From: a virus
IMG/VR virus record: IMGVR_UViG_3300023719_000001
Span: 1 to 64,000 of that record
DNA length: 64,000 nucleotides
Strand: one strand, 5' to 3'
The notes under the pieces were generated by a model that did no database searches, was not told where the DNA came from, and saw only the letters and a list, made by a program, of their open reading frames with translations. Positions 9,597-19,396 of the stretch are shown here, one piece after another (the stretch's first letter is position 1; the number at the start of each line of letters is the position of its first letter). Both the position numbers and the translations under genes were made by a program.

Positions 9597-10044
9597 CGTT
9601 TACCTCCTGCGGGTAATCCGGCCACTGTTGCCAATGTGTCACATTAAAAAGAACATTACCATCTGAATCTGTCCAAAAGTCCTGTTCCTTGTAATATGAA
9701 GCAATTGTTTTGTATCTGCAACCGTCAGGATCTTTATCAATCGCCAAAACGTCATCGCTCCAACCAGACTTCGGGTTTACATCTGGATTGTGATCTTTTG
9801 TACTAATCCACAAATTACAGCCAAAGGCTTCTGCTGGGAAAGTCTTGCAGAATACGCCTTGTTCGTTTTTCAAAAGAATACGTTCAGCCTGATTGAATAC
9901 ATCATCAGGAACAGAACATTCAATTGTTCCGTTGTTTTTCTTTGCAATTACGTTAATAACGAACTCATCCGCATCCATATTAGCCGGCCTCCTCTTTCTC
10001 TTTGTCATCAAAAAAAGATCCGTAATCAAACCACTTATCCTCAA
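9589..10044 (-). CDS. hypothetical protein
   Basis: 151-aa ORF. Confidence 0.4.
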   Translation of the reverse strand: MRISGLITDLFLMTKRKRRPANMDADEFVINVIAKKNNGTIECSVPDDVFNQAERILLKNEQGVFCKTFPAEAFGCNLWISTKDHNPDVNPKSGWSDDVLAIDKDPDGCRYKTIASYYKEQDFWTDSDGNVLFNVTHWQQWPDYPQEVNDD

Positions 10045-10378
10045 GAATATTGCCGATAATCTTTACTGTACTGCCCCAGCCTTTTGTTGCCACACGGACA
10101 TATTTCCCCTTCATGTCCTCATATTTACTGCAACCAACCGTGTCCATAATCCGCATGATGGCCTCAATGCCCGAAGCATAACCTTCAAAGTTTTTTGCTC
10201 CAACATATCCTTTACCAAAGACGTAACCACCATAGCAACAACAAGGGCCATGACCATCAAGACTCAGATAAAAAACAAGACAAGCGTGATCTTCCATGCT
10301 AAGAGATACATTCTTGATTTCTGCATTCCAAATTTCGTATCCTTCAGCCTCAAGCTGCTTTTTCGTCCATTTCTTCAT
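9980..10378 (-). CDS. hypothetical protein
   Basis: 132-aa ORF. Confidence 0.4.
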   Translation of the reverse strand: MKKWTKKQLEAEGYEIWNAEIKNVSLSMEDHACLVFYLSLDGHGPCCCYGGYVFGKGYVGAKNFEGYASGIEAIMRIMDTVGCSKYEDMKGKYVRVATKGWGSTVKIIGNILEDKWFDYGSFFDDKEKEEAG

Positions 10379-10404
10379 ATATTCACCTCGCTAGAACGGC
10401 ACTT

Positions 10405-10668
10405 TTATCGTGAATGAATTTCTATCCAAAGATTTCTCAACGGAATTCCATTTATCTTTTTTGCCTCAAGATATTTTGTTTCATTTGGCTCATTATTGCG
10501 GTATTCGTACCTTATTGTGCTTTCCACTTCATAATAAGTGTTTTTATTTACAATCTCACAAGATGCCCAATTGTCGGTTTCGATAATGAGCACTTTCTTA
10601 TATGATGGGTTAAGCAGAGGCTCAATATTGAAGTGACATTTTGACTCAACACTCATAAAGCACCCCAC
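10405..10668 (-). CDS. hypothetical protein
   Basis: 87-aa ORF. Confidence 0.3.
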   Translation of the reverse strand: MGCFMSVESKCHFNIEPLLNPSYKKVLIIETDNWASCEIVNKNTYYEVESTIRYEYRNNEPNETKYLEAKKINGIPLRNLWIEIHSR

Positions 10669-10797
10669 TTCTCACGACCACAGGTGTTACAGACAAAGTG
10701 CCATTTATCACACAAACTGTGTTTTGCATCATAGAACATCACGCCACCACATCGACTACACTCTGGAAGGAACCAACGGAGTAGACGTTTCAAGAGT

Positions 10798-11142
10798 TTA
10801 GCAATCATTCTTACTCTTTCTCCATAATCCGTGCTTTTTCATAATCTCGAAGAAATCTTCCATAAGAGTAGCGGCCATCTTACCAGGTATTTCAGGGAGA
10901 TCTAGTCCAAAATCTCTAAAAGCACAGTGTAGGCAGTCCCATGGAGTTAAGGCGAATTTTTCATAAAAATCCAACGTATTCGTCTCGTACTCAAACTGTC
11001 TCACTTCATTCTTAGTGAGCCATTTCTGCCACTTGCCACAAGCAGAGCAATACAGACCAATCTGGCTACCTTTACTCTGGATAAAGAAGGATTCACTGCC
11101 ACACTTACATTTGAAGTCCATCTCAGCCACCTGCCTTTTCAA
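10798..11142 (-). CDS. hypothetical zinc-finger protein
   Basis: 114 aa; CKCGS...CSACGKW. Confidence 0.4.
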   Translation of the reverse strand: MKRQVAEMDFKCKCGSESFFIQSKGSQIGLYCSACGKWQKWLTKNEVRQFEYETNTLDFYEKFALTPWDCLHCAFRDFGLDLPEIPGKMAATLMEDFFEIMKKHGLWRKSKNDC

Positions 11143-11368
11143 TGCTCTGAATCATACAGCTCATGTTAGGATGAGCCTTTTCAAAGCGATGATGCGCCTT
11201 GTTTATAGCATCATTCTGATCCTGCGCCTTTACCATATATGTATTGAATGCCTGATTCCCATCATCGTAGTACATTACTTCAACAGACCAATAATCCATA
11301 AGACTCCTTTCTTTATCGACCGTTATAAAAATCAAACTCAACATCAGAAATAATATCTTCCATTTCAT
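11123..11368 (-). CDS. hypothetical secreted/membrane protein
   Basis: 81 aa with N-terminal hydrophobic segment. Confidence 0.35.
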   Translation of the reverse strand: MKWKILFLMLSLIFITVDKERSLMDYWSVEVMYYDDGNQAFNTYMVKAQDQNDAINKAHHRFEKAHPNMSCMIQSIEKAGG

Positions 11369-11496
11369 TTTGACTAATATTGTTCGCTTGTTGTATGACT
11401 CGAATAATTTCGAGAATCAACTGACGTATACGTTCCACATCCATGTTTTCATGCCACCACACCCACCCTGCTTTTATTCCATCAATAAGATGTTAC

Positions 11497-12348
11497 TTAC
11501 TCACCCTTAGTTACAACGGTATCAGCACCCTGTACAGTCACCCAACCATGCTTCAGACGAGCTTCTGCTTCCTTCATCTGAATCAGCTCAGGAGTGATAG
11601 ACTCGGAAAGCACCTTATTTGCATCAGCCTCGGCCTGTGCTTCAATCATCTTAACGTCAGCTTCCGTCTGTGCCTTAACCTTATCAGTCTCCGCCTGAGC
11701 CAGAGCGGTCTGCTTATTCAGCTCTGCAATCTCTGCGTCCTGCTTTGCCTGCTCCTTTGCGCGAATCTTCTGCATCAGGGTATCATCAGGCTGTGCATCC
11801 ACAATCAGAGCAGAGGAAACATTGATTCCATACTCTGCGGTCAGCTTCTCATTCAGATAGTTGGTGATTGCAGTATTCACACCTGCTCGATCATCGGAAT
11901 AAATCTGCATGACACTGAACTGAGGAGTAACTTCCTTGACGTAAGCAATAATATCGTTCTGAATCTTGCTCTCCATCAGGCTCTCACCGTCCATACCACC
12001 AAACTTGGTGTACAGTTCAACAACATGCTCCGGCAGGAAGTTATAATTGACAGTCAGGTTGATTGCAATCGTACCGCCATTAGCAGGGGCATCAATGTGC
12101 CAATCTGCGTGTTCCTTTACGCCATAGTCGGACGGAGCATTAGAAAATACCACTCGCTGCTGAGTAATCGGGAACTCAGACACATGCTTCAGTGGACTCA
12201 TGAAATGCCAGCCCTGAGAAATAGTCTGCTGCTCAACACCCTTTGCAGAATAAACAACACCAACATAGCCAGTATGTACTCGCTCGGTACAAAGCACCGC
12301 ACCGACTGCAATGAGGAATGCAACGAAAATTGCCATAAATTTCTTCAT
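11497..12348 (-). CDS. SPFH/Band-7 domain membrane protein (HflK/C-, prohibitin-like)
   Basis: 283 aa; N-terminal TM, SPFH core GYVGVVYS...GWHFMSPL, C-terminal Ala/Glu/Gln-rich coiled coil; AAGGAG RBS. Confidence 0.7.
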   Translation of the reverse strand: MKKFMAIFVAFLIAVGAVLCTERVHTGYVGVVYSAKGVEQQTISQGWHFMSPLKHVSEFPITQQRVVFSNAPSDYGVKEHADWHIDAPANGGTIAINLTVNYNFLPEHVVELYTKFGGMDGESLMESKIQNDIIAYVKEVTPQFSVMQIYSDDRAGVNTAITNYLNEKLTAEYGINVSSALIVDAQPDDTLMQKIRAKEQAKQDAEIAELNKQTALAQAETDKVKAQTEADVKMIEAQAEADANKVLSESITPELIQMKEAEARLKHGWVTVQGADTVVTKGE

Positions 12349-12358
12349 AAGTATCTCC

Positions 12359-12436
12359 TTAATCTTTATAGTTATCTTTTAAAATGTAATAGGCGATAAC
12401 CCATACAATCACAAAGAAAACAATGATTTCTTTCAT
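12359..12436 (-). CDS. hydrophobic micropeptide (25 aa, MKEIIVFFVIVWVIAYYILKDNYKD)
   Basis: hand-translated small ORF sitting between nrdD and the SPFH gene, 10 nt upstream of the SPFH start; single TM helix. Confidence 0.3.
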   Translation of the reverse strand: MKEIIVFFVIVWVIAYYILKDNYKD

Positions 12437-12470
12437 AAATAACCCCACCAACCCACCGCTTATACATTAT

Positions 12471-14672
12471 TTAGTTGTCGCTCAAATGAACCACTCGATC
12501 TCGAATTTCCTGAGTGCGTCCTTGATTCCAAAAATTGGTTCCCAGGTAACCGCAGGTACGTCTTACGACATTCATTTTGTTCTGGTCACGATTACCACAA
12601 TTCGGGCACTCCCATACAAGCTTGTGGTTTTTCTCATCTTCTACAATTTTAATTTCGCCGTCGTAACCACAGCACTGGCAGTAGTCGGACTTGGTGTTCA
12701 GCTCCGCATACATGATGTTGTCGTAAATGAACTGCATAACACTAAGCACCGCAGGAATGTTCTGCTGCAGATTTGGCACCTCGATATAGCTAATCGCTCC
12801 TCCGGGAGAAAGCTTCTGGAACTCGCTCTCAAACTTTAGCTTAGTGAAAGCATCGATATGTTCACGGACAACGACATGATAAGAATTTGTTACGTAGTCA
12901 TGGTCAGTAACATCTGGAATCATACCGAACCGCTTCTGCAAGCAACGTGCAAATTCATATGTAGTGGACTCCAAAGGAGTACCATACAGGGAGTAATCGA
13001 TGTTTTCAGCGGCCTTCCACTCGTTACACTTGTCATTCATGTGCTGCATAATTTCGAGAGCGAAAGGTTTAGCATCAGGATCGGTGTGGCTCTTGCCGGT
13101 CATATACTTCACACACTCATACAGACCGGCATAACCCAGGCTGATGGTGGAGTAGCCGCCGAAGAGCAACTTGTCGATCTTCTCGCCCTTCTTTAGACGA
13201 GCTAATGCACCGTACTGCCACAGGATAGGGGCCATATCAGAAGGAGTGCCGAGTAGACGCTTGTGACGAATCTGTAGAGCTCGATGACACAATTCGAGTC
13301 GTTCATCGAAGATTTTCCAGAATTTATCCTTGTCCCTTTCTGAACTGCAAGCCACATCTACCAGATTGATAGTTACCACACCTTGGTTAAAGCGGCCATA
13401 ATACTTATGCCCCTTAACCCAATTCTTGGCATTAGCTACGTTCTCAGTGATGCGGTCAGGAGTAAGGAAGGATCTACAGCCCATGCTAGGCCACACACCG
13501 CCTTTAAGCTCCTTCATAACCTTTGCGGAAATATAATCAGGAACCATTCGCTTGGCAGTACACTTAGCCGCCAGCTCAGTCAGGTAATAATATTTAGAAT
13601 CGGGATGAATGTTATCCTCATCAAGAGCATAAATGAGCTTTGGGAAGGCCGGAGTGACCCATACCCCAACTTCATTCTTTACACCCTGGATGCGCTGTTT
13701 TAACACTTCTTCAACAATTAGAGCCAAATCATCACGAGTCTGACCTTCTGGAACTTCATCGAGGTACATAAACACGGTGATAAAAGGGGCCTGACCGTTG
13801 GTGGTCATCAGGGTGACCACCTGATACTGGATGGTCTGCACGCCACGAGCAATTTCTTTATGTAAACGCTCTTCTACAATTCGATTGATAGTTTCAGACT
13901 CCGGCATCTTATCGATTTCATTATTCTGAACCATCTCGTAAAATTCTTGGCGTATTTCACTTGCAATCTTCTTGCGGGAAACATCTACGAATGGAGCCAG
14001 ATGTGAAAGTGTAATACTCTGACCTCCAAATTGCATCGAAGCCACCTGTGCAATGATCTGGGTGGCAATGTTGCAGGCGGTGGAAAAGCTGTGGGGCTTC
14101 TCGATATAGGTGCCGGAGATGACGGTGCCGTTCTGGAGCATATCTTCCAGATTGACCAGATCGCAATTATGGCAGTGCATCACAAAATAATCTTTATCAT
14201 GCACATGAATTAAACCATTTTTGTGTGCATCTCGGATATCCTTTGGAAGTAGAAGTCTGTCAGTTAGTTCCTTAGATACCTCTCCGGCCATGTAATCACG
14301 TTGCGTGCTATTGATGGTTGCGTTCTTATTACTATTTTCCTGATTAATTGCGTCGTTCTGGGCATCAAGAATTTCAAGAATACTTGCGTTGGTTTTCTCT
14401 TTATCTCGAATTTCCTGACGATACTGTCGCCACTGACTATATGCATCTGCAACATCAATGAACGGGCTATTTGCTAGACTGTCCACTACGATATCCTGAA
14501 TCTGCTCAACAGAAAGAATGTCCGGCATGTCTGCGATATAGTCAGCAATCGCATTCGACACACGAGCGTCGATGCCACCCGGCGTACAGGTCATCGCCTT
14601 CTCAATCGCATTTACAATCTTACTTTTATCAAAAGAAACTTTCGTTCCATCGCGTTTAATCACATATTCCAT
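12471..14672 (-). CDS. nrdD: anaerobic ribonucleoside-triphosphate reductase NrdD (class III, glycyl radical)
   Basis: 733 aa; N-terminal ATP-cone, C-terminal Zn site CQCCGYDGE...CPNCGN and glycyl-radical motif RTCGYLG. Confidence 0.9.
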   Translation of the reverse strand: MEYVIKRDGTKVSFDKSKIVNAIEKAMTCTPGGIDARVSNAIADYIADMPDILSVEQIQDIVVDSLANSPFIDVADAYSQWRQYRQEIRDKEKTNASILEILDAQNDAINQENSNKNATINSTQRDYMAGEVSKELTDRLLLPKDIRDAHKNGLIHVHDKDYFVMHCHNCDLVNLEDMLQNGTVISGTYIEKPHSFSTACNIATQIIAQVASMQFGGQSITLSHLAPFVDVSRKKIASEIRQEFYEMVQNNEIDKMPESETINRIVEERLHKEIARGVQTIQYQVVTLMTTNGQAPFITVFMYLDEVPEGQTRDDLALIVEEVLKQRIQGVKNEVGVWVTPAFPKLIYALDEDNIHPDSKYYYLTELAAKCTAKRMVPDYISAKVMKELKGGVWPSMGCRSFLTPDRITENVANAKNWVKGHKYYGRFNQGVVTINLVDVACSSERDKDKFWKIFDERLELCHRALQIRHKRLLGTPSDMAPILWQYGALARLKKGEKIDKLLFGGYSTISLGYAGLYECVKYMTGKSHTDPDAKPFALEIMQHMNDKCNEWKAAENIDYSLYGTPLESTTYEFARCLQKRFGMIPDVTDHDYVTNSYHVVVREHIDAFTKLKFESEFQKLSPGGAISYIEVPNLQQNIPAVLSVMQFIYDNIMYAELNTKSDYCQCCGYDGEIKIVEDEKNHKLVWECPNCGNRDQNKMNVVRRTCGYLGTNFWNQGRTQEIRDRVVHLSDN

Positions 14673-14683
14673 GTAATCACCTC

Positions 14684-16207
14684 TTACTCAGCATCCTGCA
14701 CATCGTTCTTTTCAGAAACAATCGTCGAATCGCTTACAAGGTTCACATTCTTAGTGACCTTTGCATCGTAACTGTTGGCACGGACAATTTCCTTCATATC
14801 AATGCCAGTTGCTTCACGAACGGCCTCAAAAGTCTGAGCCATGACTGCTGGGACATTGCCGGAAATCTCAGAAACACCATTTGCGTTACTGCCAATGATG
14901 GAAACCTTGTCAATGGACGCCAGCGGCTTTGCAACCTCAGATGCAATGCTAGGAAGAATCTTAATGATCATTTCGCCCATAGCCGCACCATTGTACTGCT
15001 TGTAAGCTTCAGCCTTCTTCAGCATAGCTTCTGCTTCAGCAAGACCCTTCTGCTTGATGGCCTCAGCTTCCGCCATACCAACCATACGGATACCTTCTGC
15101 CTCCTGTTCCTTAGCGAACTTTGCGGATTCTGCAGAACGCTCTGCTTCGTACTTCTTTGCTTCAGCTTCCTTCTGACGCTTATACAGGTCAGCGTCTGCC
15201 TGCTTACGAACTTCCGCATCCAGCTTCTGCTGGCGAACTTCTGCTTCTTTAGCGGCCAGTTCAACCATCTTTTTCTGCTGTGCAATAGCTGCATCGGCTT
15301 CAGCTTCCTTGATTTCCTTATCACGGAGATTCATCTGAATCTGACCAGCCGCCTCAGCATCAGCATTTGCTCTATCGGCCTTAGTCTTTAGAGCGGCCTG
15401 AGCCAGCAGATACTCATTGTTGCGCTGGGCAATAGCAGTCTTGGACTCAATTTCCTTCTCGTTTGCTTCACGAGCCGTGTCAGCCTTTGCGCGAGCAATA
15501 TCACGAGCGGCTTCTGCCTTAGCAATCTCAGCCTGTTTCTTCACCAGTTCCTCCTGCTGGACACCAATTGCTTCAATGACACCATGGTTATGACCCTGTG
15601 CGTCAATAGCATCCTTGATATCCTGAACATTGAAAGTAACAACTTCCAGACCCATCTTTGCCAGATCAGGACGAGCATTCTCAACAACGGAAATTGCCAT
15701 CTGTTTACGATTAGTCAGGATATCGTTGACAGTCATCTCAGAGACAATCTCTCGCAGATTGCCCTGAAGGACATCGTTGATCTTCTCGTTGATTCCATCT
15801 TCACTCATGCCAAGGAAGTTGGAAATAGCAGCCTGCTGACGAGCACTAATGTAAGTCTTTGCATCCTCGCAACCGGCGCTCTTAATCTCATCATCAGTTA
15901 CAGTAGAGTTTTCAGAGTAAACCTGAACAGTAACAACAGAGTCCAGCCACAGAGAAACACCCTCTTTAGTCTTAACACCTGTTTCAGGAGTCTTAACATC
16001 AATCTTGAGCAGTCGCATATTTAGACGGTCAGCTCGCTGAATAACCGGAAGGACGAACACGCCACGACCACAGATAACTTTTGGCTTAGACAGCCCAAAA
16101 CCTGTCACGACGATTGCCTGAGTAGGAGGAGCCTTCTTGTAGCAAGTAAATGCAAAGGCGACCAGAAGGACAACAACGACAGGAATTGCAATAAACATCA
16201 TATTCAT
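14684..16207 (-). CDS. flotillin-like SPFH domain protein (YqiK/FloT-like)
   Basis: 507 aa; N-terminal TM, SPFH domain, long EA-repeat coiled coil (KAEAARDIARAKADTAREANEKE...). Confidence 0.7.
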   Translation of the reverse strand: MNMMFIAIPVVVVLLVAFAFTCYKKAPPTQAIVVTGFGLSKPKVICGRGVFVLPVIQRADRLNMRLLKIDVKTPETGVKTKEGVSLWLDSVVTVQVYSENSTVTDDEIKSAGCEDAKTYISARQQAAISNFLGMSEDGINEKINDVLQGNLREIVSEMTVNDILTNRKQMAISVVENARPDLAKMGLEVVTFNVQDIKDAIDAQGHNHGVIEAIGVQQEELVKKQAEIAKAEAARDIARAKADTAREANEKEIESKTAIAQRNNEYLLAQAALKTKADRANADAEAAGQIQMNLRDKEIKEAEADAAIAQQKKMVELAAKEAEVRQQKLDAEVRKQADADLYKRQKEAEAKKYEAERSAESAKFAKEQEAEGIRMVGMAEAEAIKQKGLAEAEAMLKKAEAYKQYNGAAMGEMIIKILPSIASEVAKPLASIDKVSIIGSNANGVSEISGNVPAVMAQTFEAVREATGIDMKEIVRANSYDAKVTKNVNLVSDSTIVSEKNDVQDAE

Positions 16208-16223
16208 GTATTTTTCTCCTTGA

Positions 16224-16313
16224 TTATCTTAAAACAAATTTGGCAAAGCCAAAAATCAATACTGTAACAAACAGGGCGAATACCGCAAATGGTTCTTCCC
16301 AATTGTATCTCAT
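16224..16313 (-). CDS. hydrophobic micropeptide (29 aa, MRYNWEEPFAVFALFVTVLIFGFAKFVLR)
   Basis: internal ATG of the 69-aa ORF with AAGAGG RBS 8 nt upstream; 16 nt before the flotillin start. Confidence 0.3.
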   Translation of the reverse strand: MRYNWEEPFAVFALFVTVLIFGFAKFVLR

Positions 16314-16326
16314 ATATGTAAACCTC

Positions 16327-16767
16327 TTAGAATTTGACTTCATCGGCACAATCAGGAACCACGGCAGTCTCAATGTTTGGAGCATGAATCTCTGGACGGA
16401 AAACCAAGTCATCCGTATAATCAGGCTTTGCATGACGAGGAATGTAATCCAGCATTGTAGTTAGGTTGTCAGTTACTTCGCTAGGAACCTTCTTGAGCGT
16501 ATCTACGACGCTTTCAACAATCTTCTGCTGTTCCTCTAAAAGCCGGATTTTATAGTCCAAATACCAACGTGCCTTCGTCAAATCTTGAAGCTGAGAATTG
16601 CCATCTTTGTGACCTGCCCGGCTCAGATACTTACCAACATTCCAAAGATAAGCATCCTTGTCTAACTGCCACTCCCGTAGCACTTTGATTGCCTCATAGG
16701 GATTGTCTGCACCGCCGTAATAAGACGGGTGCTCGACGTTCTTCTTGATTTCGTCAAGTGTTTGCAT
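16327..16767 (-). CDS. hypothetical protein (HPSYYGG...NPYE motif, DUF3310-like from memory)
   Basis: start trimmed to MQTLDEIKK (ATG 16767, AGGAGG 7 nt upstream); overlaps the thyX stop by 14 nt. Confidence 0.4.
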   Translation of the reverse strand: MQTLDEIKKNVEHPSYYGGADNPYEAIKVLREWQLDKDAYLWNVGKYLSRAGHKDGNSQLQDLTKARWYLDYKIRLLEEQQKIVESVVDTLKKVPSEVTDNLTTMLDYIPRHAKPDYTDDLVFRPEIHAPNIETAVVPDCADEVKF

Positions 16768-17470
16768 CAATAACCTCCTTGTTTTTTTCAATAGGCTTAT
16801 AAACATCTGCCAACCGAGGATGACGGCCACAGCAGCCACGACCTTCTGGACAGAACGGATACTTCGGATTAGCCTCACAGGAAGGAACCATCCAGTTTGC
16901 TACTTCAGGACAAACCTGTGCAACTTCCTTCTTCATTTCTGTGAACATCTCGCGGATTTCTTTTTGAGCCCTAGAACAAAGTCGAAGATGACTCATCTCA
17001 ATCAAAGCACGAGCGTTCATCGTGATGTAGAATTCTGTACAGCAAGCATTTGGCAGAACTGCACGAGCGTCTTCGTTTTTGGCATTATGATACTTCTTGA
17101 GAATCTGATAATCGGTATCAATGTCCGACATCATATTATCGAAAACATCAGCATCTTCACCGGTAAACGGATTTACATACTTGAATCCATCCTCGCTGCA
17201 ATAACGCTGGCTGCGGCAGCTCATGCTAATATGTCGATGACGACTAATCTGTGCCAGAAGTGCGCGACTCACATCTTTGACATAGAACGTAAAGTTGATG
17301 TGTTCAAGCACAGAATAATGACCGCTGGCCTTACATCCCTTAGCAATCTTATAATCGTCAGTCATTGAAGAATCATAACAAATACTCGCAGCTTCCTCTA
17401 CAATATCTAAAGGATTCTTATCATTTGTAGGAACAACTCGCTGTGTGTACGCAATCAAATCAACAGTCAT
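16754..17470 (-). CDS. thyX: flavin-dependent thymidylate synthase ThyX
   Basis: 238 aa; ThyX signature RHRHISMSCRSQRY (RHRxxSxxxxSxR). Confidence 0.85.
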   Translation of the reverse strand: MTVDLIAYTQRVVPTNDKNPLDIVEEAASICYDSSMTDDYKIAKGCKASGHYSVLEHINFTFYVKDVSRALLAQISRHRHISMSCRSQRYCSEDGFKYVNPFTGEDADVFDNMMSDIDTDYQILKKYHNAKNEDARAVLPNACCTEFYITMNARALIEMSHLRLCSRAQKEIREMFTEMKKEVAQVCPEVANWMVPSCEANPKYPFCPEGRGCCGRHPRLADVYKPIEKNKEVIDANT

Positions 17471-17480
17471 TCAACTCTCC

Positions 17481-17705
17481 TTAATATTCGTCCTGCCAGT
17501 TTTCAGGAATGTCGTTCTCACCAATTACGATGCAATTTTTAGGTGCGACATTTAAAGTGTACTTTCCATCTTGAACTTTAATCATTACGTTCATAATGGA
17601 GACAACTTTATGAATGCTCCAAAGAACTCCGCGACCTTTTCGAGTTCTAGCTCTAAGAACTGTGTCGCCAATATGAATTTCTCTATTAAGAATATCGGTT
17701 ACCAT
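17481..17705 (-). CDS. hypothetical protein
   Basis: 74-aa ORF. Confidence 0.4.
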   Translation of the reverse strand: MVTDILNREIHIGDTVLRARTRKGRGVLWSIHKVVSIMNVMIKVQDGKYTLNVAPKNCIVIGENDIPENWQDEY

Positions 17706-17864
17706 TTAATCCTCCTTTACTTTAGAAGTGCAAACTTAAACCAATCTGGGAAGCTTGATACTGAAATCCAATATTTGATAAGACAAGATAATAGCCACAA
17801 CGCAATCATGATTCCGACCGCAATAAGATAATCCTTAAAAATCTTAATGAAAGCGATCCACATC

Positions 17865-18068
17865 TTAATCCTGTCTCTCATTTACCTCACCTCTTTCAAT
17901 CAACTCATCCACAGTAACCTCTCCACAGAGAACCTGTTTAAGCTGCTCTTCTGACAACTGATATGTAATCGGATCTCCACATTCAGTGGGATATCGAGCT
18001 AAGATTCTATAATACTCTGCAAGGGCTCGTTCCTTACGACCCTGCTCACGATGGTCAATACCAATCAT
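17865..18068 (-). CDS. hypothetical protein
   Basis: 67-aa ORF. Confidence 0.35.
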   Translation of the reverse strand: MIGIDHREQGRKERALAEYYRILARYPTECGDPITYQLSEEQLKQVLCGEVTVDELIERGEVNERQD

Positions 18069-18313
18069 ATCGCCCCACCTCCTTCCTCAAATTCTTCACT
18101 CTTTCCGGTCACGACATAGATGTCATCTTCGAGATCTTCTTTATCAACAAACGATATTTCTCCTAGCCGCAGACCGCACTTGTTACTTTCTGGTCTGTTG
18201 TCAATTATGTAGAAGTCGCCAGCATCACAAAGAACCTTATACCAGTGTCCTTTCTGCAAAGTGGCTTCTGCCGGGCCCCACTCTTTATAGTCCGTTCTGA
18301 AGTACATCCTCAT
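18065..18313 (-). CDS. hypothetical protein
   Basis: 82-aa ORF, overlapping stop/start. Confidence 0.4.
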   Translation of the reverse strand: MRMYFRTDYKEWGPAEATLQKGHWYKVLCDAGDFYIIDNRPESNKCGLRLGEISFVDKEDLEDDIYVVTGKSEEFEEGGGAI

Positions 18314-18660
18314 TAGAGCTCCTTGTAGGGTTCCATATCACCCTTCCAAATCTGAAAATAAGGATGTGCGTCAATGCCGTAAACCTGACCCTTCATACCG
18401 GTACTGGTGATTTTGTAAGGCTTTCTGTCTTCAAGGCTATTGATAAAGTCCTGATACTGAGGACTCATCTTAAAGAAATCTTTCTTACCCTGAATCCTCT
18501 TTACCTTAATAGTGACCTCATCACCAATCTTTGGTTCCCACTCTTCAACTGGCATCCCAGCCAGAAAGTCGGGACCACCGGCCTTTTTGATTCGCCGGGC
18601 AAGGATTCGTGCCTTACGCTGCTCTCTGCGCCGGTCTTCTCGATTCATCGAATTACTCAT
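18313..18660 (-). CDS. hypothetical basic protein
   Basis: 115 aa; Arg/Lys-rich N-terminus. Confidence 0.4.
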   Translation of the reverse strand: MSNSMNREDRRREQRKARILARRIKKAGGPDFLAGMPVEEWEPKIGDEVTIKVKRIQGKKDFFKMSPQYQDFINSLEDRKPYKITSTGMKGQVYGIDAHPYFQIWKGDMEPYKEL

Positions 18661-18925
18661 ATTCTGTTCCTTTCAGCTTATCAAAGTAGGGATCGCCGTC
18701 TCGCTTCTCTAATAAGTTGAGCTCCCCGGCGGAGCCTACAGAATACAAACGAAAATTTTTAAAAATCTCAGCACCTTTAATAGTGGCTAGAGATGTAATT
18801 ATGTACAGTATATTGTGTTCTTCTGTGCCATCCGTAAGTTGAACTTCAAGTCGTTCTTTCTTTGGGATAGCTAGTTTTTTGAAATCATTCATTTTAGTTA
18901 TTTGGCATAATATAAGCAAGTGCAT
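18653..18925 (-). CDS. hypothetical protein
   Basis: 90-aa ORF. Confidence 0.35.
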   Translation of the reverse strand: MHLLILCQITKMNDFKKLAIPKKERLEVQLTDGTEEHNILYIITSLATIKGAEIFKNFRLYSVGSAGELNLLEKRDGDPYFDKLKGTEYE

Positions 18926-19121
18926 TCAACTTATAGCAATAAAAAATATCGCAAATAACACTCTTACACCTTTCTTCGGAATCGTATCCTCCAAGAATGA
19001 TTCCGCGCTCACCATTTCCCTGTCTTGCGTAAATATTAAGGCTTGCAGTATCAATGATGGCTATACGGTCAAGATTTACGATTTCTTTGTTTTGCGTTAA
19101 AAGTAGCATTTTACACCTCAC
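18894..19121 (-). CDS. hypothetical protein
   Basis: 75-aa ORF. Confidence 0.3.
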   Translation of the reverse strand: MRCKMLLLTQNKEIVNLDRIAIIDTASLNIYARQGNGERGIILGGYDSEERCKSVICDIFYCYKLNALAYIMPNN

Positions 19122-19396
19122 AAATCGGCAAGCTGTGCAGGAGAATCGATATCTGGACTATCCAAATCCATCCCAAACTCCTCAGACATTTCATTTTTGA
19201 TTCCCCAAAAGTAACCTTCGGATGGAACGTAAACAATAGTCCACCATCCATACGCTTCTTTATTCTTAGGCGTGAATTCACGAGTTGGAATTCGATTGCC
19301 GCCGAAGCTAATTGTTGTGGTTTTGGATGGATTCTCAACACATTTGTTATCAAGAATCCGAAGAATGTGCTTAATGGACTTCTTAGAAAGATTCAT
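19118..19396 (-). CDS. hypothetical protein
   Basis: 92-aa ORF. Confidence 0.35.
   Translation of the reverse strand: MNLSKKSIKHILRILDNKCVENPSKTTTISFGGNRIPTREFTPKNKEAYGWWTIVYVPSEGYFWGIKNEMSEEFGMDLDSPDIDSPAQLADL

Noticed and set aside
11443-12399. 318-aa plus-strand ORF
   Set aside because: Antisense shadow of the SPFH gene (Leu/Cys/Ser-rich repeats mirroring the Ala/Glu coiled coil).
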